This document shows positions 52,628-64,000 of a stretch of 64,000 nt of DNA, piece after piece. The first letter of the stretch is position 1. Each line of letters starts with the position of its first letter. Under the pieces are notes generated by a model, which saw only the letters and a program-made list of their open reading frames with translations, had not been told where the DNA came from and ran no database searches. The position numbers were made by a program, and so were the translations under genes. The stretch comes from Haplodiscus bocki. Lineage: Eukaryota. The stretch lies in contig OZ296648.1 in assembly GCA_965655095.1 (NCBI GenBank), positions 157,480,001 to 157,544,000 on the forward strand, written 5' to 3'.

Positions 52628-54360
52628 TCAGGTTCTTCTTCCTCGTGTACATGGGTACCACAATCTTATTTGAAAGTAATGACTCTGAGAGTATGTTAAA
52701 CGATTTACCTGGCCGATCAAGACCTCTATGCCTAAGGCAAGAACAACAACTTGAAGAAAATTTTCAGGATGTGTTTTTTTGGAAAACCTAAGGTGCTTTT
52801 GACCACTCCCGTAGTTTCTTTGTTGCTCCGAGTAAATACTCAATCTGCTCAGCTGCTCAAAAGTAGAAAATGATTTTCCATGAAGTCTCGTCACCGAAGA
52901 CATTTGCAAAATACAGTAGTAAAAGTTTTGTATATCAAAAAACTTAAAGCGCGATTTTGTGTTCCGCCAACCGAATCAAAACAGCTGAATGTTTTGGCAA
53001 TAAAAAAACTGTCAAAGGACTTACCGAAGTCTTTAACTTTACTAATTCTACACCAATGTTCTATGCAACGATCGAAAGTAGCTTATTTTGTCTACATCTT
53101 GACTCGTTGCCGAACCCGGTGTACTGGTGAAACGCTTCAACTTGATCTACTCGAACCACAATGATCACCATTCTATTGCTCTGCTTTGACATTTTTTGGT
53201 ATCTGTACGAATTTTTTTCCCTGTGCCTCAGACAAAAACAGAGCAGATACAAAAAACCCAAACACTCTCCTCAATTGCTTCCCAACGCAAATATTAACCA
53301 CAGACTTTTTTTCTGGTTTCGGGTTCGTCTTTTGTTGCCACAAAAGCATAAAGTCACCAAATTACATAAAATCTAATCCAAGAATGCAAGTTTAAATTAC
53401 ACACGAAAAGTGCGGGTTGTTGAACGCCGTTATAGGAACTGAAACTTATTACCAAGTTCAATACGAAAAAGCAATGGAAACATTGGTACAATTAAGGGCT
53501 ATTAGCGAAGTTTGTCCATCATAAGTCCTCTCTTTGGGTGGTTGACTCTCATCCTGCGGTGCTTTTACCTGAAAATGACCCTAATAAATCATTGGACTCG
53601 GGCCTCAGTTTTTTCCTCAATGCACAGTTTTCTCCCAAAGTAAATTTTCTTTGACATTACAAGATGCAATGAACAAAAAGTTTCTCTGAGCGAAGGTAAA
53701 ACCCATCGAAAAAAATCACAAGGACCGTGCTTATTACGGTTCTAAATCTGAAGCCGATCCTGTAGTTGTTTTTCAATACTGCTTATTGGCTCATCCTAAA
53801 TTAGTAAATCAATCTGTTTTCGCAGGTAACTGTTTTGCAGTTGGGCTTCCATTTCAACGTGTTGAAAAAAAATTGAACTTTTTTCAACAACATTGTTCGA
53901 ACAGTTGGAACAAATTAGGCACAATGATTCCAAGGTATTCGATTAGGACTTGTAACTCCGCAACCTGCAGGTGATGGTACCACGGTGATCAATTTCAAAT
54001 ACCTTCAATGCGATTTGTCATTAGGCCACTTTTGCACGGAACAAAGTTTTTTATATGAAAGCACTCCTTCCTTGTTGAACCTTCTCACCAAAATGGTTTC
54101 AAAACACAATGTGACGGATGATGCGCTACGTATAGCTGTCAGTCTTCGCTTTGCTATCACTCCAGCACCTGTACCAGTCAAACTGGTAGCTGGGTCAACT
54201 ACTGAAACCCCATCTAATCTGGCGGTAGCCACAGCTGCAATGGAAGTGCCTAAGCCCAGAGCAGATGAAACGGCAGAGCTACCACCCCCGGAAGGATTTC
54301 TAGACCTTCGCGAAAATCTGATTTTTCCGATTTTTCTGACAACTCCTAATCTTTTCAAAT
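52628..54360 (-). mobile_element. Probable Maverick/Polinton fossil: Gly/Ala/Ser-rich hydrophobic ORF, FtsK/A32-like ATPase remnant, small ORFs, integrase N-terminus
   Basis: ORF 54005-54358 (GGGSSAVSSALGLGTSIAAVATA..TSLTGTGAGVIAKRRL) is immediately followed by LITVVPSPAGCGVT (53952-53995, decayed Walker A GPSGxGKT), VLVIFFDG (~53705-53730, Walker B-like) and KAPQDESQ (cf. KxPRDxxQ). Then come KFVQIP and NYGS..QVNRL (52628-52830). Confidence 0.45.
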
Positions 54361-55139
54361 CCTAAGTAGTCCTAGAGCGCTATCAGAAAACTTTTTTGAA
54401 CCGTTTTTGCGTGGCAAAAAATCCCGGGCGAGGCAGTACCTACTGACAAACAGCTCCCACTACCAAACCTTGGAAAACGGTCACAAACAGTTAACAATTT
54501 CGACAGTCAAATTAAACAAGAGTGAAATCTCCTATAGTCTACCCTCATTCAGCGAATTTCTATTGTCGAACAGAGCAGTTTCCCGAAAACTCCGGTTGAC
54601 AAATGTCAAACAGTTTTCGCGTTAGTTGAACGAAGTCATGTAACAACTTAGACAGGCTCTCTCAGTGGACACATGTAGATCGACAACTGCTTCTAGTCCG
54701 GGAAGTTTTAGTTAAACAGTACGACCGCAGACACCAATTGAATATCGAGAGAGACAAAAAGGAGTCCAATCTGGCCACTCATTGAAGAAATTAAAGAAAC
54801 CTTTGTTGTCATCGAATTATGCTAATACGCGCAAGGGAAATATTATTCCGCCAAGTATTTGTTATTCCCAACCTAAAATCTCTACAATTGCTACATCCCT
54901 AACACACTTTGTGCCTTTGGATTTTGCTATGGGAGAGGTTTAGCCTTTGCGATAGCTTGCTGCTATCTTGAACTTCGGAAAATGCGCAACTTTTTCATCG
55001 TCAGTTTCCTACTGGGCCTTTTTTCACCTGCTTTGATCAACTGAATAATCATTCTATCTAGCATTTAGTGACAAAAGACTCTATTTTAGTGAACTTACCA
55101 ACTGAGCACTTCAATCTAGCCTCCAAGTCTCAAAACAAC

Positions 55140-56900
55140 ACTTGGAGCATTTCAAATGCAAAGAAAATAGTCTGTCCCAAACTTGCATGAGGCTAAGATT
55201 TGTCACGCCTGTTACTTTAGCGCACAATTTTCTCCATCAAATCAAAAGTTTTTCGCGGTCAACTTTGGAAATCAGAGTTTTCAGCCTAGTCGCTAGCATG
55301 GCATGTCACCATACCAGTCAGCAGTTTTTTCTGCCAGCAGTTCTATGATTCGGCTATGAGAACTGGGGTCAAATTCCCTCAACTTTCAATATTTTGGTCT
55401 GACCGTCAAACGCGCTTTTTTTAATGGAAGGCTGAAACATAAGAAACATAGGTGCCCCAGCATAAGTTCGCACGTTTTGTTGGATATCACCATGCCAATG
55501 GAAGTCTGTGACAAAATGTATTTTTCCTCGCACTACGGGAGGAAAATTTGTAATAATGCAGAAAAATGCCGACTAATGTGGTGTTTCTTGGGCCTAGTTT
55601 TCAGTTCCACCATTCTTGACGTCTGTGTTGCTCGTCAATTGTTTGAACAATTTTATAAAAACGAAGCAAAAAGAAAAATTTTGCTTTTGTGAGATGAAAC
55701 AGTCCTTGAAACCTGAAACTCACATACATGGTACTGTAAATTAGCCAAGGATTGGCTTTATGACCATCGTGGCCTTGAAAATTTTGTGAGGTTACTGTTT
55801 CGAGCCTCGTGAAATCTTTCGTATGCATTGTTTCTGCTTCATCCAAGAAAATGTGATTCAAAAAATTCCACAATCAGTTGCGACTATTCAGAGTAAATTA
55901 CTGAGTCTCCCAGTGATGACTCCACTTTTGCTATGCAGTGGAACATTCTTTCCTTTTTGGAAGGCACCCACTGAAAATGGCGGTCTTGAGCATATATAAA
56001 AATAAGAACACAATAAACTGTCTTATCATCAAATCCGCTTTCTTCATCCAATTGCATCAACCATGTTTTCCCAACAGTTGCATTTAAAAGCTTTACCGCT
56101 TCTCCCCTGTCGTGGTTTTGCTGACTTTGTTGATATATTCCATGACAACTCTTCAAATTTAGCGTCTATCCTCTGTGTTGAATCCTGGTTGTTTCTTTTT
56201 GCCCAGAATCTCCACCATTGGGGTTTGACACATTACCCTTGTTTTTTCTTCTGTTTTTTTGTCTGTGCAAACACCGCTTTTTGCCCTACTAACAGATGGA
56301 ATTTTAATGAAAACCACCTTTTCTTACGTTTTCTGCCAATTTCCTCTCACATCCTCTTAGCCTGGGATCTTCCATTGGAAAGTGCAGTCCCTTAAAACAG
56401 TTGTCGGGGACTTCGGAAAGATTTAGTTGGAGTTATCTGCAATTTTTTCCGTGTCTGCTCGAGTTCTGCTGCTGCTTGTTACCATTGATGGCCTTTGTGA
56501 AAAATTGACAAACAATTCTCGCAGCCTTGCATCTACCTAAAACTTAAGTATCAAAAGCTTCAGCTGTACTTTACCTCACCATTACTTTGACAATACCAAC
56601 TGTTGGCATGCCAACCCTAACTCCTCTCGAAATGGTGAGAAAACAAGCCGGCGATGACCTAGGGCCTAACCTGAATTTTTCAAACCTTGCAACGTTTTCC
56701 TTCATGGACCTATTCGATTGTTGCATGGTATGAACTTTCATGTTACTAACTATTAGAGCAAAATTGTCCGGCGCAGTGGAACACTCCAATTTTCTTGTCC
56801 ATTTTTGTCAGCTCCATCCAGTCTGCTTTCTTTCAAGTTTTCAATGTTTTTATTCTATTGTGGTCCTGCGTACAATTGAGGCTCCAATTCAATTCCTGAT
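55140..56900 (-). pseudogene. Possible fossil of a UPF1/IGHMBP2/HELZ-like SF1 helicase
   Basis: In order on the minus strand: LYAGPQ*NK (~56845-56875, decayed motif I), HIFLDEA (~55835-55855, motif II), GHDGHK..PWLIYS (motif III GDHxQLxP), IDEQHR (QYR), and FQ/REK (~55248-55273, FQGREK). Heavily disrupted. Confidence 0.4.
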
Positions 56901-58079
56901 TGAAACTTCTTTATCAAAAGACCTCACAAAATGTTGCGATCTTGATCTATAAGATTACTGAAAGTTCCATTTAGTTTAATAAAGACTTCGGTTTTCCCCA
57001 TGCTTTCAGCTTTATTTCGAACACTTTTTGTTGTTACGTCTCTTACTGTTTGTTTACCTGCTAGTTGTTCAAGTCATTTTCCGTGTTTTTCCCTCAAAGG
57101 TTCTCTACCTTGAAAGTTTCAATAAGTCTATTCTCAGTTTTCAATTCAGTTTCTCTTTTCACCCCCAGAAATTTTCTGACTGCTCTTACAAGCTATAGGT
57201 CACTTCGACGACGTGCTTCATACCATAGAGCTCCCTGTCCATTTCACTTGCACTTCGATGCACAACAATCCTGCCTGTAAAGATACAAGCTTCAGCGTAA
57301 GACATACAATGATTCAGCAATGAATGTAATAATTACGCAAAATGCTGGCAACAGCACTAGTAATGTTGTTAGAGACGCCAGGTGGTAAAAATTTGTCAAG
57401 CTGCTCCACTGTCCCAAGTTGTGGCTCAACTGTCCCAAATTCATCTGGATTTTGCGGCCTCCTCAACGTCTTTAAGATCAAAGAAAAGGTGGTCAGCACC
57501 TTGAGAGAACTGAAGTTACCCTACAACATGGATCACATGGTTTAAAATCCAATGTAGATGAACTCCTGAAAATGTTTTTCCTTCACTTCACTCACTTGTG
57601 GATGAATTCAACTTGTAGATTCTCTTCTCTCGATGTGCAAATTGAAAGACTGAAGCAACAAAGAGAATCCGTGCCAAAAAGTCTTTTCAGTTTCATTTTT
57701 CTTCAAAAACGTTTGTTAATCTTAACACCTAATTTGTTTTGAAACTGGTTGTGTTATTGAAAGTTCAGCTTTCACCCCAGGTTATCAGACAAACTTCACA
57801 ACACGATTTTACTTCGAACACATACTACTGCACTTATCAGTTTCCGACAACTTAGAGTATTCAAAGTTTCATTTCCTTTTTTCGCGATTGTCCTTATGGG
57901 CGTTTTTCAATTTTTTCCTTACAATGTGGGCGCCATCGCTACTGGTGACGTAAAATCTGCTAGAATAAGCACGCTGTGGTGTAATTAAAACATAAGGCAA
58001 ACAATACATACATTTGCTCCTACAAAACCAGCAAGCATGATTTCACATGAGTCGTGCTAAGCTGCAAAATTTATTCCTG

Positions 58080-59400
58080 CAGCGCTTCAAATGAGTGGCG
58101 ACTCTTTAGTGCTCATCAATCCTTTGTTTTCTGCCATGATAACAGTAAAGTTTTTCCAGTACATCATTTCGTGGTTTCGCAAAGGCTTTTCTAAGCCCCA
58201 TTCCCGGTTCTAGTATCAAACACACCACTGTATTTGTGCGTATTTTTTTTGCTTTTTCACGCTCGTAGACGCGAACTTTCTTCAGACTTTGTAACAAGAA
58301 AATCTCAAGATCTAATGGCAGCAGAAAATTTCTTCGTAAACGGTTTTCTCGGAACTGTGAAATACTTCAGTCTCTCATGCCTGTCAGTCTTCACAGCCAG
58401 ATAACCAAACGTCAAGTCCTTGACATTTTACTTTCGACTGCTCGAGCTGAAAGTTTCCGATCAAAGACGACTTTTGGAAAGATTTTAAGTATTGGACGGT
58501 AAGAATCATGATTTATCTGTTCAACCTTTTTCATCCACAAGCTTTGACAACAGCATCGAACAAACACTTTTTAAAAAATACTTCGACGAATTTCGAGCAT
58601 TTTCTCAAGTTTCTTGACTTTTGTTACTTTTTCCTGGTTCACAACAAGCTGAAACAACAATTGGAAAAAAAAACTTCTTTTATACTGATGGCACTTTTTT
58701 AGTTAGATTCTGTTGTCACTTCTGCTTCCGTTCGATGTCGAGGAGTCTTCGAACAAACGTATTGATTTACGTACGGAGGGGATATTGTCCAACGAACAGA
58801 AGAAAGTCTTGTTTACGGAAACGATTTTCGTGCCAAAATTTTGGTTCCTTTTCCAAATTGAGATTTTATCTTGAAAGCAGACTCTGAACAGCTAGTCCAA
58901 TGAATTCCTTCAATGCGCCAGCTTCCTTGTCTTTTTTGCCCACTGAGTTTTTAGAACGCTTTTGTTTTCAAATCTTCTGGTTTCATTGTTAACTGGATTC
59001 CTGGATTCTTTTTCGAAATTATCGAGAATTTCATGACTCACAAAACGATTTTATTAATGTTCGCAATGTGACATCAGTGTTTTTGCTCGCTTGCTTTGAT
59101 TTCCAACCAATAGACATCGAAGCGGTGCTAGTATAAGCTTAGCTGCTCCCGGTGTCCTGTGTTTCTCCGGTGGCGATGAGGCTACTGATTTTTTGGCCAA
59201 AGCCAATATGAAGGCAAAGCAAAGGCCGCCAATACCTGCAGTCTTTCGGACTACCAAGGAATCTTAACAGAATTCGCTACTGAACGTTCAACGGACAACG
59301 ACGAAAGTTTACTTCCCGTTAAAAAGGAACTGCATGTTCTAGTTTTCACCCAAGAAGTTATGGCGTCCAATCGCGACCGTAGTTGAACAACAATTCAAGA
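58080..59400 (-). mobile_element. Degenerate BEL/Pao RT-RNase H remnant
   Basis: ILLRFLGSP (~59250-59280; LRFLW), LHIGFGQKIS (RHIFGAKSSP), SLIGNFQLEQSK (FxxGKxRxAPxK), and LQSLKKVRVY..KIRTNTV..PG (58106-58297). Confidence 0.5.
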
Positions 59401-60136
59401 ACAGTTTGATAAAATCAAATAGATTTTTCATCTCTCACCATTATTTGGAAATGGTATGGAAAATCTAATCAACAGCTGTTTTTTTGGTTTTGACACTGTG
59501 TTTTTTCTGCTTGCTGAGATTCGTGCTAGTGTCAAAAGTTATTTTGCAGCCTTGTTTGCTTTTCGCGTTAATGATCTCATATCGTTTACCCAACTTTCGC
59601 GAGGTTTCCTACCGCTGTTGCTAATTCGTGTGGATTCGTTTTTACTATTCTTAGAAAGTGTCGTGATACAAAACGAAAGAAATAAAATGTTCATTTATAG
59701 CTTTGCCGTTGAAAGATGTTTTATCCTAGTAAGCCTAGCATTCGCTCTACGCTGCTATCACCGTACCAGAACTCTTGTTGACCCGTTACCAACCGCTAGT
59801 TTCTTGTCAAATAGTTTTCATTTTTCTGAGGTCAAACTCGTCCCACTGCATCATCCTAAGGATCCTCAATAGGTTCTTACATTCTATATTAAATAATAAA
59901 CTTATTAAAGAGATTTTTTTCAGGAATCAAATGCGGGAGTGGCAGTTGACACTTCAGTCGGTTGATTCTTCACACAATTTTTACCAGTGGTAGTTTGTAC
60001 GTACCCGTCTGCCAGTCTATTCTTTATTCTTATCCTCTATTCTTTCCTTACCTTTATTTGCTTATTCATTAAATTGCCTAGTGTTTGTTTCCTAGTGACT
60101 TTTTAGAGTTCTTTGTTGATCTCGTTGTTGCCTTAT

Positions 60137-60176
60137 TATCGGTATTGCCGTAGTACTATCGGTATTGCCGTAGTAT
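60137..60176 (+). repeat. 20-bp tandem duplication in the LINE 5' UTR
   Basis: tatcggtattgccgtagtac tatcggtattgccgtagtat. Confidence 0.9.
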
Positions 60177-60351
60177 CATCGGCGGCATTTATAATAGGCT
60201 AGATCATTTTGGTGGTGAATTGGATTACTGATTTCTTTTATCAGTGTCAAAGTAAAGTTGTTCTTCTCTTTCTCCCCAGTGCCGTCTTAGGTACTACTGG
60301 AGATTGCAGTCTTATAACTTTATTAATTGAATCCTTTTGAATTTGGTGAAC

Positions 60352-61167
60352 ATGGACCCAACACATTGACACCGACAACGACTAGACTCCCAGTCCGTAG
60401 ACTACTTCCCCACGATCGCTGAAATCCTGGCAAATGACGATGAAACTGTGAATAAACAGTTGAACAAGATGAAAAAAGAATCCGTCCTGTGTCTTTTCCG
60501 TGAAATGCTATCATAAATTCGCGAATCTACAGAAATGAACAATATTTTGCTAAAAACAAAGAATGAGATAAATGCCTTCACAAAACAAGTTCAGGAACTT
60601 AATGAAAACTCCGTCAAAACAATTCAAGATACTGTACATTCTGTTATGACAAGTGCACCGTCACAACAAACTGCTGCCACAACTGCCCCTATCCATAACA
60701 AACCTGTCAATAACCAACATCTATAACAGGTACGCACAGATGGTATATTTGAATCAAACTCGAAAAAACGTGCAGAAATTGACCAACACTAGTGAAAAGA
60801 ATTGAACGACGTTCTGAACTCCCTTGAAGAAACTCCACCTATAGAATTGTTACGAAGACTTGGAAAGTCACGACCTGATAATAACGCTCGACCCCGTACA
60901 CTGCTTCATACTCTGAAGTCAAATTGGGACGTTCGCAAAATAATATCTAAATCAAATAAATTGAAAGACTACGCTGGCAGGAGTATCTATTAATCTCGGG
61001 GACTATCGGAAGTTGAAAAAAACAAAAACAACAAAGTCCTCCTTAAACGACGTGAATTTATAGAAAAAGAAGGTGTAGAGCGAAGCAAGATAAAGATCAG
61101 ATCCTTTAAACTCTTCGATGCAAAAGAAGTGCGTCTGGAAGAGGACACAAACCAAGTTTCCGAATGA
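60352..61167 (+). pseudogene. LINE ORF1 (coiled-coil + RRM-like region), single frame with internal stops
   Basis: ATG at 60352 is in frame with ORF fragments 60535-60726 and 60802-60993. Motifs include KNEINAFTKQVQEL, QVRTDGIFES, LRRLGKSRPDNNARPRTLL and VLLKRREFIEKEGVERSKIKIRSFKLF. It ends at TGA 61165-61167. Confidence 0.8.
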
Positions 61168-63975
61168 CTAACTACATTAAACTTTCTATTACTAAATGCC
61201 AAAAGCTCACTACGACTTGAAGGACGTCAAGGTTTTTGCCAATGCCATCCTTATTTCTAATCCAAAAATTTTCTGTGTGACTGAAACTTGTCTCACAAGC
61301 AATTCATCCTCATCCCAAACTTTCCTTCCTCGATATACAATAATACGAATTGAACGTACTCTTAATAATTCCTCATCAAGACACGGAGGTGTCATCATCG
61401 GAATATCATCTGAATCCAATTTCACGGTGCATGACTTGTCCCAGTTTTCCTCGACAATTGGCGAATCTTTCCTTTGGGTCTCCATAAGAATTCAAGATAA
61501 TGAACTTAATATCTGTTGTCTTTAGAACCCCCCAGCCAAAAGCAAGTATCGTATCCCTCAGAACGAACTTAATGACCTTTTACAGCATATTAGCAATACA
61601 AAACCCCATCAACTTTGTTACATTGTTGGAGATTTCAACCTCCCGAACATGGACTGGAGATCTCTTAGTAGCCCAGGCGAATACGAAGACAAAATTGCTC
61701 AGACTTTTTCGGTTTTTAATTGGACACAACTAATTGACTTTCCTATTGTGGGAAAGAATACGTTAGACGTCGTCATCACGAACTCACCCGAGTCAGTGAT
61801 CTCTCTGGAAAAATCAGAAGTTCTTAAGAACTACTTTGTATCAACTAACAAACCGTTACTTAAGTGACCACATTCCAATCATGATTGACGTAAGTTGGAA
61901 AAATGAGTATGCATCAAAAACCAGCATAGTAAAAGCGTTCAGTTTCTCTGTCGTGATGATCTTTCTCTTCTGCGAAACCTCATGACTCAAACCCTTTTAA
62001 CCCGAACTGTTATAGTAACATAGACGTAATGATCGAGGAACGGTATTCCTGGTTACTTGATCTACTTCAGAAAAACGTCCTAATGAGAACAAAGCACCGA
62101 CAGTCCTTACCACTTTGGATTAGCCCTTCAAAATCTAATATTACGCAAAGAAAAGAAACTGCAATCAAGAAACTGAATCGTGGCGTCCGTCCTTCATCAG
62201 ATTTATAACTCAATGTACAAAAGCTTTCGCAAGAGTTAGAAGGAGCAGTAACCAACGACAAAATAGAATACGAAATATCTCTCCCTGATAGTTTAAATCT
62301 TGCTATAAAATTCAATTACATCAACTTTGTTAAATCTGACAAATCAGCTCTTCCTACACTTTTAAACAATGGTGATAGTGCTGTCACCGATAAAGAGAAG
62401 GCTGACCTCCATAATGAGTACTTTGTATCTGTCTTTGTAAACCCAAATGGTGCCGACTCAAACCATACAACCACAATCAACAGACATGTACTATCAACGA
62501 CTACTGCATCGAGAAAACTACGATTGCCAAAATTTGCAAAGATCTCAACAGCAGAAAAAGTCGAGGACCCGATAATGTGCCTCCAATTGTTTATAGAGAG
62601 ACAGCAGAGGCAATAGCTTCTTCTTTACACAATGTCTTCAAAAACATCAAGCGTCTTGGCAAGTACCCGTCGAAATGGAAAAATGGAATTGTTACTCCCG
62701 TATTCAAAAAAGGCAGCAAATCAAAGGTAGAAAACTACCGACCTGTAACATTGCTAGATATTGCTGGCAAAATCCATGAGTGATGTATATACATTCCACT
62801 ATAAAATTATTTCAAAAGTTTGTGTCATCACACCACTTTGGCTTTCAATCGCGTAAATCAATTATTATTCAACTTTTAACCTGCCTCCATCATATCCACT
62901 TTGATAACGCCAACAATAAAAAAGGCCTTTTATTCTTCGACTTTGCCAAGGCATTTGATAAAGTAAACCACAAAGTTCTTGTGACCAAACTATCATCACT
63001 TGGAGTGCAAAAATCTATGTTAGCAGTTATCACAGACTATTTACAAAATCGACGCCAAGCCGTCAGAGTCAATGATCAAATTTTCCCGTGGGCGGACTTT
63101 CTCAATGGCGTTCCTCAAGGGTCACTTCTTGGACCCCTACTTTTTCTTATTTTCATCAACGATATACCTGATTTATTCTTCTCTTCGACTGCATACCTCT
63201 TTGCGGGTGACCTAAAACTCTATAATTTGACAAGTGAATCAGACAGACTAGATCCTAGTCAGGAAATCGATGCAACTATGGAATGGATTTCGACAAACCA
63301 AATGCAATTAAACATATCCAAACGTCAGTTCCCCCCGCTTTTATCTTCGCGTCATGAACCAATCTTGCTGGACATTATAACTGTAACTCCTTCTGGCCTA
63401 GTAAACGACCTAGGCCTAAAAACTGAATCGAACCTTAAGTGGGCAACTCACATGAAACATTCTATTAGAAAAGCAAACAGAGCATATCAACTTATTTGAC
63501 GAAATTTTTAACCATCTCTGCCACGCAGAAGCAGACTAAATGTTTTTAAAACCTCTATACTACCTATAGTTTGCTATGCCAATCACTGCTGGTGTCCATC
63601 AAAAAGCAGGGTTGGCGAACTCGAAAAGTTCCATCAAAGGATAATGACATGGATTCTGCCATCCCACGATTACCAGTCCGCATTGATTATATTAAACGCC
63701 TTACCTCTGCCTTACTATATGGTGCTAATGGACTGTCTAACATTATCCCGAATAGTAGACAACTAAGGCGAACTAAACTGGCAAAGCCACTGCAAATTAA
63801 ATCAGTCAACATCCACCACAAATACTAGATGTACCTTATTCCATCTGCGCACTATCACTAAAGAGTCCCAGCGAAGCGACTTTTTTTACAGAACCTGCAA
63901 AATATTAAACAGAATGGACAAACATTTGAATTTCATGGACACTCGAGGACTGAAAGGCAGACTCCTAAAATGATT
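61168..63975 (+). pseudogene. LINE ORF2: apurinic endonuclease + reverse transcriptase, disrupted
   Basis: APE: LLLNAKS, IFCVTETCL, RHGGVIIGI, VGDFNLPNMDW, NTLDVVITN, SDHIPI. RT: KSRGPDNVPP, WKNGIVTPVFKKGSKSKVENYRPVTLL, FGFQSRKS, FDFAKAFDKVNH, GVPQGSLLGPLLFLIFINDIP. The catalytic motif is mutated to FAGD (63200-63211). Confidence 0.93.
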
Positions 63976-64000
63976 ATGGAAATTTTACAACGACCAATAC

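Larger units (their letters stand above)
59985..64000 (+). mobile_element. Near full-length, inactivated APE-RT LINE (CR1/L2/Jockey-group architecture); 3' end beyond window
   Basis: T-rich 5' UTR, ORF1 (60352-61167) and ORF2 with APE and RT motifs, interrupted by several stops and frameshifts. Confidence 0.93.

Noticed and set aside
1031-59993. The many 60-150 aa ORFs in the six-frame track as host genes
   Set aside because: Most start at TTG/GTG, have low-complexity F/K/L-rich composition typical of AT-rich non-coding DNA, or are pieces or antisense shadows of TE fossils. Small spliced exons cannot be excluded without RNA data.
62780-63499. 239-aa ORF as a functional reverse transcriptase
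   Set aside because: It is a fragment of a frameshifted ORF2 and the catalytic motif reads FAGD instead of (Y/F)ADD.

Overview
This is AT-rich, gene-poor eukaryotic (animal-like) DNA, and I found no intact host protein-coding gene. Most of the window is heavily decayed transposons, recognisable only by manual translation across stops and frameshifts. They comprise four BEL/Pao LTR-retrotransposon remnants, several Ty3/Gypsy remnants, four non-LTR elements (three APE-RT LINEs and one CRE-like RT), two probable Maverick/Polinton fossils, and a possible UPF1-like helicase fossil. Two elements are much younger. The first is a near full-length but inactivated LINE at ~60-64 kb, whose ORF1 runs into ORF2 in frame across a TGA-CTA junction. 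The second is the standout: a ~1.75 kb non-autonomous element at ~7577-9327 with Helentron/DINE-1 (HINE)-type termini. Its central repeat is an array of eight 74-nt tRNA-like units (tRNA-Ile(AAT)-type body, anticodon changed to AAA or GAA), each followed by an oligo-T tract. The array has a 142-bp monomer and a 563-bp higher-order period. Boundaries of the decayed elements are approximate, and their family assignments rest on my recognition of motifs, not on database searches.
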